Of a stretch of 64,000 nt of DNA, positions 10,037 through 19,931 are shown one piece after another. This stretch comes from Candidatus Bathyarchaeota archaeon. GTDB lineage: Archaea; Thermoproteota; Bathyarchaeia; Bathyarchaeales; Bathycorpusculaceae. The stretch's first letter is position 1. The number at the start of each line of letters is the position of its first letter. Both the position numbers and the translations under genes were made by a program. Location of the stretch: contig OY970176.1 in NCBI GenBank assembly GCA_963707955.1, positions 1,760,001 through 1,824,000 on the forward strand. The letters run 5' to 3'. The notes below the pieces were generated by a model. It made no database searches. It was not told where the DNA came from and worked only from the letters and a program-made list of their open reading frames with translations.

Positions 10037-11470
10037 CTATAGGCTTTTTAGGAAGCCTCTGGTAACGTCTCTCGCGGATTGAAGAAGTGGGTGTTTTATT
10101 TCTGTTAGAGCTCCAAACTTTCTCAGTCTGTCGACTCTGAAGTAGATAGGCGGATGTGGATCAAAGCTTATCCATTCTTGAATGCGATACGAGGGGATCC
10201 GCTCATTGAGAAGTCTTTTGAACCCTATTTCTTCTAGGGCGTTGGCCAGAATGTTGGGTTGTCCCATCACCATCGCTGACGTTAAGTCTGCTCTTGCTTC
10301 GAAGAACTTGGCGATGAAATACGTGATCGTCGACAGCACCCAGAAATATATGAGGAGAAGAATAAGGGAGCTTGTGGGAAAGAATCCGAAGATCACGTAG
10401 AACCATAGAAGGTATTGGACAGCAGATAGTCCGTAGAGCCAGAAGGGATCACGTCCCCTTAGGTGTCCAAATTCGTGTCCTAGGACGCTGAGAAGCTCGT
10501 CTTCCTCAAGTTGTACGAGAGCCCCCGTAGTAATTAAAACTACTCCTCGGCTTGGGCTTGGGCCAGAGGCAGCTGCGTTAGGAGCCAAAGTGTTGGTTAC
10601 CACGATCTTGGGCACTTTAAAATGGAATTTGTCTGCCACCTTTTTCACTAGTTCGTAAACATTCACTTTTGTTGAAGACAGATTCTCTGGGCTGCACTCA
10701 AGCCCATACTTTTTAAAAATCTGCCCAGTCGTCTCGCAGTTGATTTCCCCGTTCTTGGCGATTGTCTCTTGATAAATCTCTTTCTTCATTTCGGCAACCT
10801 TTTCAGGAGGGTACTTCTGCCTGAAACCGTCCTGTTCTTCAACCGGCAGGCTGTATTCAAGAATATGTATGGTCGGGTTCTCTTCGGTGATTCGCCAGTC
10901 TGACGTTCTTTCAATAAACTTTGGTGAATACACCACGAAGATGAACATAAGCACCAGCAGGACAATCGGCGTGTACGGGCCGATAAGGAAGAACAGGAAC
11001 AAGCCTAGCGTGATGAATATGACGAAGAGGAAAACTTGCGTCTCGAGAAAAATGCGGTTCAACGGTTTCCTTTCCTTGCCAGACATCTTTTCTGGCACAA
11101 TCCTCTCACCTTCTCGCCACGCAAAGAAGAGTGTGCCCCCTCTAACCTTTTCTTCAAATGATTCAACTGAGATCACGAGGTCCTGCCTAACTTGGGTCAT
11201 CGTTTCTTCCGAGACGTTCTCACTTAACGGCGTCATGTTTACGTCAATCGGCTTCCCACCCTTGACCGCTACTTCTAGAACGCGTGTTCCAGACTGATCC
11301 AAGGTTGTGAAGGTGAGGGAAGAACGGCCGTCGACTGTGGCTCTTGAGATGTTGGCAAACCTTTGTTGTTGGGGCATGAGATATTTTTGATAAATGAAGT
11401 CCAACAAGTTTCCCATGTAGCTTTCGGGAATTTCCATGTCAATCGAGAAGGAAACAGCTTTGTTGGACAT
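10037..11470 (-). CDS. M48 family (HtpX-like) membrane zinc metalloprotease with extended N-terminus
   Basis: PNAAASG, ITTG, VLGHEFGH (HExxH), FEARAD, HPP...R; hydrophobic transmembrane segments. Confidence 0.88.
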   Translation of the reverse strand: MSNKAVSFSIDMEIPESYMGNLLDFIYQKYLMPQQQRFANISRATVDGRSSLTFTTLDQSGTRVLEVAVKGGKPIDVNMTPLSENVSEETMTQVRQDLVISVESFEEKVRGGTLFFAWREGERIVPEKMSGKERKPLNRIFLETQVFLFVIFITLGLFLFFLIGPYTPIVLLVLMFIFVVYSPKFIERTSDWRITEENPTIHILEYSLPVEEQDGFRQKYPPEKVAEMKKEIYQETIAKNGEINCETTGQIFKKYGLECSPENLSSTKVNVYELVKKVADKFHFKVPKIVVTNTLAPNAAASGPSPSRGVVLITTGALVQLEEDELLSVLGHEFGHLRGRDPFWLYGLSAVQYLLWFYVIFGFFPTSSLILLLIYFWVLSTITYFIAKFFEARADLTSAMVMGQPNILANALEEIGFKRLLNERIPSYRIQEWISFDPHPPIYFRVDRLRKFGALTEIKHPLLQSARDVTRGFLKSL

Positions 11471-11569
11471 TTCTGTTCATCTTTCAGCCGCGTATACATT
11501 TCAGTCTCTTACCAACATGTTCATTATAAAGTTGACCGTTAGACAGGCACAGCCGGAGCAGTCGGGAAT

Positions 11570-12196
11570 CTATTGCTGTTCCATGAAAGCGACAAATTCT
11601 TGAAGGGTGCGTTTTTGAAGTGTGTAGTTCGACCGCCTTTCTTCACCGATTGTTGAGTTGGGCTTCGGTCCGTAGTCGTGTCCCGGATAGACTTCGACGT
11701 TGTCGTCAAGTTTCATCAGCTTGTCAAAGAGGTTGTGATACATGTCCTCAGAACTTCCGTCGCCAAAATCTGTTCTTCCGCACTCGCCTACGAAGAGAGT
11801 GTCACCGGTGAGTACTTTGCCATCGACCAGTAAGCATATGCTATCTCGGCTGTGTCCTGGGGTGTGAACGACCTTGATTAAGACTTTGCCAAGCTTCAAA
11901 ATGTCGCCTTCAACCACTGCTGTGTCCTTCCTAGCTTTTGAGAGCTTGTGGGCGACGATTTTTGCGCCGAAGGCTGACCTGATGTCTTCATTGCCCGCCG
12001 TGTGGTCCCCGTGACTGTGCGTGTTTATGACATACTTAGCCGTCAGGTTCTGGCTGTGCAACAAAAGGCTTATTGCGTCGACGTTATAACTGGGGTCAAC
12101 GACCGCGGCTTCTCTGCTGTCCTCATCTGCGATGACATAGGAGAAGTTGTCGCCTCGATATTTGATCTGTTTAAAAAACATGGTAGACACCATCAT
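11570..12196 (-). CDS. metallo-beta-lactamase-fold hydrolase (glyoxalase II/persulfide dioxygenase-like)
   Basis: THSHGDH, HTPGHS, TGDTLFVGECGRTD, YPGHDY. Confidence 0.9.
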   Translation of the reverse strand: MMVSTMFFKQIKYRGDNFSYVIADEDSREAAVVDPSYNVDAISLLLHSQNLTAKYVINTHSHGDHTAGNEDIRSAFGAKIVAHKLSKARKDTAVVEGDILKLGKVLIKVVHTPGHSRDSICLLVDGKVLTGDTLFVGECGRTDFGDGSSEDMYHNLFDKLMKLDDNVEVYPGHDYGPKPNSTIGEERRSNYTLQKRTLQEFVAFMEQQ

Positions 12197-12202
12197 GCTA
12201 TA

Positions 12203-13579
12203 CTATTCTTTCCGAATATATTGTTCTGTTGGAAGATGCTCCACCTTCATTCCTAGGTCAGCCAGATCCTTCAAGTTTCCAACGCATCCGACGCTTGCGT
12301 CAATGTTGCGGTGTACAGGATGGAACCACATGTTCTTTGGCACGAGGTTGAACTGTAAAGGAATCCTGACTGTGACGCCGTATTTTTCGTTCAGATCCTT
12401 GAACAAGGAACCTGTTGAGCATGCCAGTCGCGTCGTAGTATAGCTCTTCAACAACTCTGAAGCGCCGAAGGCTCCGATGCCGTGCCACAGAACAGCGTTT
12501 TCCGGTGACGTCAGAGAGTACAGGAAGAACTGGGGTGAAGACGGCGTTTCCTTGAAGTTGTAATTCACCAACTTTTCACCTTCCACCGTGAAACTGTCAT
12601 CAGCTTTTGCCAGGCTGATGTCAGAAGGGTCGATCGCATTCGGGTAAAGCAGCGTCGTTCGATAGTCAACTTTGACGCTTTTGAGCTTGGCCCCGTCGAA
12701 GTAGATCCTCCCTCTAACGGCACGTTTTGACCCATAGCCCTTCGGCGAATGTGGAACCGTTAAAAGTGTGGTCAGGTTCTTCATGCTTCTGCCCATGCAT
12801 CTGTAAACTAGCTCAACCGACGAATAGTCCTTGTGAGCCTCTCTTATGATGTAGTGCAGCAAGCCGTCTGATGACTCTTTTTCCAGAGCACTCAGTGGCA
12901 ACCGCATCGAGTAAAGAAGTAGGTCGATGCCGAAAGCCTCTGACAGTTTTTCTAAGTGTTCGTATTTCACGGCGTCTATCATGTCCACGTAGCTGTTGTT
13001 GCAGGACTTGAGGTGGCGGTCTATCCTTTCAACTTCGCCCTTGCAGAAAAGTGACCCTTCATATTTCTGTGCGAACTGCTGGTCTATCTCAAGTTTCTCT
13101 GTTTTCACAGCAGCGGCCGGAAAGGCACTTTGGCCGCTGTTCACTATAGACTCTTTGAGCGGGTTCATCGAATACCTGTCAGCCTCGATATCGTCGGTGT
13201 TCAGCAGGAAAGAGACGACGACTCCATCAGGAGGCTTTTTCAGCAATGCGCATATTTCTTCCGTGTCCTGCACGGTCGGCTCATGCAACCCACGCTGGTG
13301 AAAGTAGTTGGCGCAGACCTCAAGCAGACGTGTGGCTATGATTCCCTGAACCTCTTCAACCGTGAGCTGCGGGTTTGAGTACTCAACTGAGCATCTTAGG
13401 AAGAAGTGTGAGCCGTCAGGCGTGACGTCGTTTCTCTGCCCTTTCTTGAGGTAATACAGGTTGACGGGTTTTCTTCTATCCTCTTTGAACGTGCCGAGTT
13501 CTCGCACTAGGGCCTCGACACAAGGCCATGAACTCTTCAGAAAGTCTTCAACGATTATTCTGCACAGGTTGGACGACAA
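12203..13579 (-). CDS. uncharacterised 458-aa soluble protein
   Basis: Long ORF, tightly co-oriented (6-7 bp gaps) between the GNAT and MBL genes; no family recognised. Confidence 0.8.
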   Translation of the reverse strand: MSSNLCRIIVEDFLKSSWPCVEALVRELGTFKEDRRKPVNLYYLKKGQRNDVTPDGSHFFLRCSVEYSNPQLTVEEVQGIIATRLLEVCANYFHQRGLHEPTVQDTEEICALLKKPPDGVVVSFLLNTDDIEADRYSMNPLKESIVNSGQSAFPAAAVKTEKLEIDQQFAQKYEGSLFCKGEVERIDRHLKSCNNSYVDMIDAVKYEHLEKLSEAFGIDLLLYSMRLPLSALEKESSDGLLHYIIREAHKDYSSVELVYRCMGRSMKNLTTLLTVPHSPKGYGSKRAVRGRIYFDGAKLKSVKVDYRTTLLYPNAIDPSDISLAKADDSFTVEGEKLVNYNFKETPSSPQFFLYSLTSPENAVLWHGIGAFGASELLKSYTTTRLACSTGSLFKDLNEKYGVTVRIPLQFNLVPKNMWFHPVHRNIDASVGCVGNLKDLADLGMKVEHLPTEQYIRKE

Positions 13580-13586
13580 CTAATAA

Positions 13587-14429
13587 TCACCCTCTCTCCA
13601 AAGATTCGGCCATGTAGACGCAATCCTCAGTGGCCGATGGACCATGGAACATCCTTTCCACGCTGAAGCTTTCATGAAAGCCAGATTCCTGCAACATGGA
13701 AACAATCCGCTTTTCCCTTTTCGGAACAAACACAGACGCTTCGAGACCCTCCAGCGCGCTTAAAGTAGCTCTTAACAGATCGACTGCCGTCTTGGCCTGT
13801 CCCCTCTTACACGCTAGGGGCCCCAATTCAGCCAATCCCCTGTACACTTTTGCGACCGCGAACCCCGAGATCTGCCCATCTTCGGTAGATACGAAGCATA
13901 GATTGTCACGGTCCATGAGAATCGGTTCAAGCATCTTTCTGCGGGATGCGCCGAAACAAGACTGGTCAAAGGCGATGACCTCCGCCAGTTCTTGTTTTGC
14001 AGCTTTCCTCACATTAGCCCCGAATGGCGAAGAAAAGCCTTTTCCCTTCAACACTGTGAACTCAGAGTCGCATTCAAAGCCGAGTCTCTTGTAGAACGGG
14101 ATTTTCTCGATGTACGCGTACAAGCCGACGGTGTCAACGTTTTTTTCTGTCAAGTACTTAAGAGCGTGCTTGACCAGCAGTGTTCCTCCACCCTTATTCC
14201 TTTTGCTCTCATCAACGATGAGGTTTCCAAACCAGCCGAGCTTGCTAAAGCTCACGGTGGTAGCGATTCCCACCCTGTCCGAATTGTCAAGAAGCACAAA
14301 ACACCCCTCTGGTTCCAACTCCATCATGAATTCAAAGTCTTGCTCCGCCAACCCCCAGCCCATCAGGCCGGTGATGCGGACGGCGAACTCGAAATCTGCC
14401 CTTGACATGTTCCTTGCGTGAAACACCAT
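13587..14429 (-). CDS. tandem GNAT N-acetyltransferase (YitH-like)
   Basis: LIVDESKRNKGGGTLL motif A, FYKRLGF, and a second GNAT-like half (DQSCFGASR, LGPL). Confidence 0.85.
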   Translation of the reverse strand: MVFHARNMSRADFEFAVRITGLMGWGLAEQDFEFMMELEPEGCFVLLDNSDRVGIATTVSFSKLGWFGNLIVDESKRNKGGGTLLVKHALKYLTEKNVDTVGLYAYIEKIPFYKRLGFECDSEFTVLKGKGFSSPFGANVRKAAKQELAEVIAFDQSCFGASRRKMLEPILMDRDNLCFVSTEDGQISGFAVAKVYRGLAELGPLACKRGQAKTAVDLLRATLSALEGLEASVFVPKREKRIVSMLQESGFHESFSVERMFHGPSATEDCVYMAESLERG

Positions 14430-14550
14430 ACGCTAGCCCTCTTCACGATGGATTGACGATTCTCAAGACTTATACGAGAGGATAAACTTTACTAACGTAC
14501 TCTGTTCATGATGAAGACCACAGGAAGGACAAACAACGGTAACGCCACGC

Positions 14551-15066
14551 TTGCACGTGAGAATAGTCCGCAAGGCTCCAGTATCGACATACCCGTTCAA
14601 AGATTACTTCAGCGGTTTCGACACGGTTGAAGCCGTGAAAAGGATCTTCGGCGAAAAGACGGATGAGGTTCTGTCAAATCTGAGGGTTGAGTTCATTGGG
14701 AGAAGAGGCTACATGGGCGTCAGCGAGGTCGACGGGCACCTTATAGCCAGCGCAGACTATTTATGCAGAGGCAACAGGGTCGACATATACCTCGACATAA
14801 TCCATGAGTTAGTTCACGTTAAGCAGTTTGCCGAAGGGAAGGAGCTTTTTGACCACAACTACTCCTACACAGAAAGGCCGACAGAGGTCGAGGCCTACCG
14901 GTGTGCAGTTGAGGAGGCAAGAAGACTGGGGATGAGTGACAAGAGAATCTGTGCTTACCTGAAGACCGAGTGGATGAGTGACGACGACTTCAGGCGGCTC
15001 GCGAAGGCCGTAAACGTCCGCTGCGCGAAAAGACCGGGAAACAGAAGTATCCACAGAGCCAGTTAA
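14551..15066 (+). CDS. hypothetical zincin-like (HExxH) protein
   Basis: IIHELVHVKQ followed by YTERPTEVEAY (possible third ligand). Confidence 0.65.
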   Translation: MHVRIVRKAPVSTYPFKDYFSGFDTVEAVKRIFGEKTDEVLSNLRVEFIGRRGYMGVSEVDGHLIASADYLCRGNRVDIYLDIIHELVHVKQFAEGKELFDHNYSYTERPTEVEAYRCAVEEARRLGMSDKRICAYLKTEWMSDDDFRRLAKAVNVRCAKRPGNRSIHRAS

Positions 15067-15207
15067 CGGCATTTGTGTTATTAGAAAAAGGACAAGCTGA
15101 AGACCGCAAGAGACTAGTGGCGGAATTTAATCCGTAGCTACTCCAAAAGAGCAATATTTCGATTCTGCAGAGTTACTGGTGGGAATAAGGATGTTGAACG
15201 TTGCGAC

Positions 15208-16224
15208 TTGGAGAGTGCAGCGCCAGTGAAAGGCTTGACCGAAGGTGCACACTTGGTGGGGGTAGACTTGGGAGGTACCCGTGTGAGAGTTGTGCTCTCG
15301 GACGAAAAGGGCAACTTCGTTGAGAAGAGAAGCGAAGAGGTTGACAAGAGAAACGCCGAGGCGATCACTGACCAGATAGTCAAGCTTACTCGTTTCTTAT
15401 GCGCTAAACATGGCTTTGACGTCAAATCCTTACGGGGAGTAGGGATCGTGTCGGCGGGTCCTCTGATCCAAGAAGAGGGCGTGCTCTTCAAACCCCCAAA
15501 CCTGCCGTTTGACCGTGTACCCATCACGAAGCCCATCACAGAAAAGCTGGGCATACCAGCATGTTTGATCAACGATTGTGCCGGGGCGGTTCTGGGCGAA
15601 AACATGTTCGGCGCCGCAAAAGGGCTGGACAACTGCGTTTACGTAACGATAAGCACCGGTTTAGGCTGCGGAGCGATTGTTAACGGCACTTTGCTCTTGG
15701 GAAAAGATGGGAACGCCCATGAAGTCGGTCATTTCGTCATAGACTCTCAAGGCAGGCTGACATGTGGCTGCGGAAGACGCGGCCACTGGGAAGCTTACTG
15801 CTCTGGGAGAAACATTCCGAACTATGTCAGAATGCGACTCAAAGAAATGCATGCAAAAACGGTGAAGGAAAGTTTGCTGTTCAAGACATTAGAAGGCGAC
15901 CTGTCGAGGTTGGTTGCAGCTGACCTGTTCGCCTGTGCAAAAAAGGGCGATGGCCTGTCTGTCAAATTCGTCAACGAAATTGGGGTTCTGAACGCGATGG
16001 GCTTCGCGAGCGTGATAAACGCCTACGATCCGTCCCTGATCACGGTAGGTGGTACTGTAACATTGAGGAACAAGAAAATGATTCTCTCTCCAATCAAAAA
16101 ATACGTGAAGGACTACGCGATAAACAGGGTTCCGAAGATTATGGTTACACCTCTGGGCGAAAATGTCGGTGTTTACGGAGCTGTTGCAGCTGTTCTAAAA
16201 TACATACCATCCGCTGTGAAATAG
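15208..16224 (+). CDS. ROK family sugar kinase (glucokinase-like)
   Basis: VDLGGT, INDC, STGLGCG, EVGH, CGCGRRGHWEAY zinc motif. Confidence 0.92.
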   Translation: MESAAPVKGLTEGAHLVGVDLGGTRVRVVLSDEKGNFVEKRSEEVDKRNAEAITDQIVKLTRFLCAKHGFDVKSLRGVGIVSAGPLIQEEGVLFKPPNLPFDRVPITKPITEKLGIPACLINDCAGAVLGENMFGAAKGLDNCVYVTISTGLGCGAIVNGTLLLGKDGNAHEVGHFVIDSQGRLTCGCGRRGHWEAYCSGRNIPNYVRMRLKEMHAKTVKESLLFKTLEGDLSRLVAADLFACAKKGDGLSVKFVNEIGVLNAMGFASVINAYDPSLITVGGTVTLRNKKMILSPIKKYVKDYAINRVPKIMVTPLGENVGVYGAVAAVLKYIPSAVK

Positions 16225-16451
16225 TCAGAAAAAATGCGATATTTGGTCAACGGACCAAAATCAGAACCGTTGCAAATTGTCAGCCCAGGATCGTGGAAGT
16301 GCTCGTAGGATTTGAAACGCCCAAGCACGTGAAGATGCAACACAGGGGTGCTCATTCTTCTCAAGGATGCACTAGTACTGGTGTGACGGCCTCATCTAGT
16401 TCTCGTATTCAAATTTCGACTTCGACGAGATGTGTGTCAACTTATTGGGAG

Positions 16452-16706
16452 CTACTTGGTTGTTGTTGTTGCGGTTGTTGCGGTTGTTGCGGTTGTTGCC
16501 TTTGGCGTTTCCTTTTTCATCAGGGCCCATGCTGCTATTATGATGCCAATCAAACCGATGAGTCCGAACAAGCCGTAGACGTACAGATGTCTCCCTCCTA
16601 GACTGGGGGTGAAGTCGTAGGCGTTGAAGAGTTGAATTCCACCTAGTATTAGCGCGATGATAATCAGTAGTGCGCCGAGGCCCAGACCTATAGTCTTGCT
16701 GTTCAA
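16452..16706 (-). CDS. small two-TM membrane protein with a Thr/Ala-repeat tail
   Basis: Two hydrophobic segments, SD-like GAGGTTGA upstream, C-terminus KATTATTATTATTTTK. Confidence 0.65.
   Translation of the reverse strand: MNSKTIGLGLGALLIIIALILGGIQLFNAYDFTPSLGGRHLYVYGLFGLIGLIGIIIAAWALMKKETPKATTATTATTATTTTK
16458..16499. repeat. 9-bp tandem repeat (GCGGTTGTT)x3 plus a GTT run
   Basis: ggttgttgttgtt gcggttgtt gcggttgtt gcggttgtt gc read directly from the sequence. Confidence 0.9.
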
Positions 16707-17073
16707 TCTTTCAACCTCTTGCCTAGGCGTTTAGAAGTAGGTGATATTTAAATTACTCGTAACTGAAGGCGCAACTGCGCGCTTGAGAGGATACGCTTTG
16801 ACCTTTGATCCTTGACTCACTGCTAGCGCGCGCTTTAAAGTCCATTTTCTTAGAACAAAACTCAGAAAACAATTGCGCCACATGTGGACGACTTGGCAAT
16901 GTTAACGTGAGCGTGCGGCATGCCCTTTGTGAAAGTGCAATGAATAGATGGAAAGCTGTCAAGCTCGTTGCTTAAGTGTTGCAGGTCAGATGCCTATCCG
17001 ACAAGGCTTTAAGTCTTATATCCTGTTATTCAGAATATTCTCGAAGAAGTGTTTGTGGGGAATGATTGAAGCT

Positions 17074-19755
17074 ATGTTGAAACGTTTTGCAGTGGTTTTC
17101 ATGGCATTGATAGTTGTTGTAAGCGTTAACAGTGTTGTCTTCAGAGTCTCTGCTGTTCCGAATTCAAGTTTGCCTCAATCAACGGGGCATAATGGTCTTG
17201 CCTCGTCCAATGGTGATCCATCTCAACTGGTTATAGGCGTAAACCATACAATCCCATGGGCTTATGACGAATTGACAGGTCTTGTTCTGAGGACAGGAGG
17301 AGAAAGCGTCGGCAACGTTTCAGTTGAAGGGCAGACTATCGCAATAGTTGTCAACGTGCCCTCAAACAATTTCTCAATTCTCTCGAATGAGCTCCAAAGA
17401 ACAGGGCTGGCCAGATATGTGGAACCGAACATGGTGTTCCAGGAACAGTTTGTTCCAAACGACCCGTACTACGTTTATCAGTGGGCTCTACCGAAGATTC
17501 AGGCTAGCTGGGCTTGGAACACAACCACAGGGAACTCGTCCATACTCGTGGCCATTGTCGATACCGGGATTGATTATAACCATCCTGACCTAGCTGGCAA
17601 CTACGTTCCGCTTGGCTATAACTGGATTAATAACAGCAATAATACGATGGACGACAATGGACACGGAACAGCTGTTGCTGGAGTAATCGCAGCAGTTCTG
17701 AACAATTCGGTGGGCATTGCAGGGATTGCTCAGGTTAGCATCATGGTTGAAAAAGCTTTGAACGCGAGTGGCATAGGCGTTGAAACCGACTTGGCGAATG
17801 CCATATTCGACGCAGTGGAAAAAGGTGCGCGCATTCTGAGTCTTAGCTGGGGCAGTAATTTTGACAGTTCGCTGATTCATGATGCGATTAGCTACGCGTA
17901 CCAGCATGGGGTTTTGGTGATTGCTGCGGCAGGAAACTCGAATTCTAATGTGAAGGTTTACCCCGCGGCCTACGACGAGGTTGTCGCTGTTGCTGCCACA
18001 GACGAGTCAGATAGGGAGGCGACGTTCTCAAACTGGGGAAGCTGGATTGGGGTTTCGGCGCCTGGAGTTAACATTTTTTCAACGATGCCCACGTACAATG
18101 TGACACTGAACGGTTACCCCTACTATGAGTCTATGAACTATGATTATTTGAGTGGCACGTCGTTGGCTTGTCCGCAGGCCGCAGGTGTGGCTGCTCTGAT
18201 TTGGAGCGCGTTTCCCAACGCGACGAGAGACTGGGTCAGAGGTCAATTAAGCTTCACGTGTGACGATTTGGGAGTCCCTGGCTTCGACGTGATCTACGGT
18301 GCTGGAAGGGTTAACGCAATGAAAGCCGTTGAACAGCAACCATTACAGCATAATGTGTTCCTGTACAGGTATGATATGCCAACGTTTATTCAGCCTGGAG
18401 ATATCGTTCCGATCAGCGTAACCGTTCTTGATTTTGGATCAAGCAACGAAAGCAACGTTAACGTAAGCCTTCTTGTCGATGGGAGCGTTGTTGATTCAAC
18501 ATTCATTCACGCTTTGGCAAGTGACTCGTTCGCCGCTCCAGTTACGCTTCTGTGGAATCCTCTTGAAATTGGGACCTACAATGTGACCATGTACGTTCAG
18601 CCCGTCACTGGTGAAACCATTGTCAGCGACAATGTAATATCAGTTCAGGTCAACGTGAATTTCTTGCTTACCTTGAGTCCGTCACGAGGACCCGTGGGAA
18701 CCGGCGTAACGGCGACGGGCGTCCAGTTTACTCCCAACAGTGTAGTGGAAATCACGTTTAATGACATGTTTTTGGGCTATGCGGCCACAGATGGCTCTGG
18801 CGATTTCACGTTCACGTTCAACGTGCCATTTTCGACGGCTCAAACGTGGGTCGTCAAGGCTTTTGACGCTAACGTCTTTGCTGAAACCGACTTCACCGTT
18901 GTCGATGTCACTCCGCTGAACGTTCAGGTAGATGTTGGCGCGCTTCAATTCAGAGGCGAAGTTGTCACGTTTCAGATCTACACGGCTTTCAACGGGTCCG
19001 CAGTCAACGCCACGGTTACAAGCGCCTTGCTGTACAAGCCTGACGGTTCGAACCAAACATTGACGGTTCAACCCGTTGCAGAAGGGCTTTTCGAGGCTTC
19101 CTACACGTTGCCCGCGGATGCTCAGACAGGCTCCTACGCGTTGGTCATAACCGCGGACTACTCGTCAAGCGTGGTTCAATCTGTGGGAACGGCGTTCAAA
19201 TCATTCTTGGTGAGCCCAACCCTCTCAGGGTGGAACGCCATGCTCACCAGCGTCAACCAAACTGTCGGAACAATCCAGACAGATGTGGGCTTAGTGAACG
19301 TGCGCCTTGACGCGCTTAACCTGACTCTAGCGCGCATTGAGGGAGACGTTGTAACGCTTAACTCCTCTTTGGGGACGATTCAGTCTGACTTGGAAACGAT
19401 AGGGTTCGAAGTCACGGCGATAAACGGGACGACAGCAACCATGGAAACTGTTCTAGGCACGGTTAACGGAACAGTGACTTCAATTAGGGATGAGGAAGCA
19501 ACTATCATAATTCAAGGAATCGGACAGGTTGAAAGTGACGTTTCCAGTTTGAAGGTTGCGCAGGGAAACTGGGCGATACCGCAGTACGCCATTCTAGCCT
19601 CAGCGCTGGTAGCAGCGGCATGTGCGTTGCTGGCGGTTGTGATGCTCAGGCGCAGGAGAGTAGCTGCGCGTGCACAAGAAGAACCCAAGAGTCCTGAGAG
19701 TCCACCTGAGAGCTCCGGCCAGGATTTGACCCCGGGGCAAGAGGGCGTCACCTGA
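17074..19755 (+). CDS. membrane-anchored extracellular S8 (subtilisin/thermitase-like) serine protease with Ig-like domains and a stalk
   Basis: Signal peptide; catalytic triad VDTG/GHGT/SGTSLA; AAAGN oxyanion motif; C-terminal TM followed by RRRR; many N-x-S/T sequons. Start uncertain (17062 or 17074). Confidence 0.92.
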   Translation: MLKRFAVVFMALIVVVSVNSVVFRVSAVPNSSLPQSTGHNGLASSNGDPSQLVIGVNHTIPWAYDELTGLVLRTGGESVGNVSVEGQTIAIVVNVPSNNFSILSNELQRTGLARYVEPNMVFQEQFVPNDPYYVYQWALPKIQASWAWNTTTGNSSILVAIVDTGIDYNHPDLAGNYVPLGYNWINNSNNTMDDNGHGTAVAGVIAAVLNNSVGIAGIAQVSIMVEKALNASGIGVETDLANAIFDAVEKGARILSLSWGSNFDSSLIHDAISYAYQHGVLVIAAAGNSNSNVKVYPAAYDEVVAVAATDESDREATFSNWGSWIGVSAPGVNIFSTMPTYNVTLNGYPYYESMNYDYLSGTSLACPQAAGVAALIWSAFPNATRDWVRGQLSFTCDDLGVPGFDVIYGAGRVNAMKAVEQQPLQHNVFLYRYDMPTFIQPGDIVPISVTVLDFGSSNESNVNVSLLVDGSVVDSTFIHALASDSFAAPVTLLWNPLEIGTYNVTMYVQPVTGETIVSDNVISVQVNVNFLLTLSPSRGPVGTGVTATGVQFTPNSVVEITFNDMFLGYAATDGSGDFTFTFNVPFSTAQTWVVKAFDANVFAETDFTVVDVTPLNVQVDVGALQFRGEVVTFQIYTAFNGSAVNATVTSALLYKPDGSNQTLTVQPVAEGLFEASYTLPADAQTGSYALVITADYSSSVVQSVGTAFKSFLVSPTLSGWNAMLTSVNQTVGTIQTDVGLVNVRLDALNLTLARIEGDVVTLNSSLGTIQSDLETIGFEVTAINGTTATMETVLGTVNGTVTSIRDEEATIIIQGIGQVESDVSSLKVAQGNWAIPQYAILASALVAAACALLAVVMLRRRRVAARAQEEPKSPESPPESSGQDLTPGQEGVT

Positions 19756-19931
19756 TTTTTTCTCGTACGACTTTTATCTAACACGACGACTAGGTAGACT
19801 GCTGTTGAGGCATAAGGATTTCTTACGGGCTCGCTTCATATGAATGGCTCTTTGCAGAATAGTCGAGTTGAGTTTTAAACGTTTTTATTTATCTAGTAGG
19901 GTATCTTCCTTTTTGAAAAGCCGTGTGAAGA

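Noticed and set aside
16293-16601. Plus-strand Cys-rich ORF (GCCCCGCCGCC)
   Set aside because: Antisense shadow of the Thr/Ala repeat in the minus-strand membrane protein
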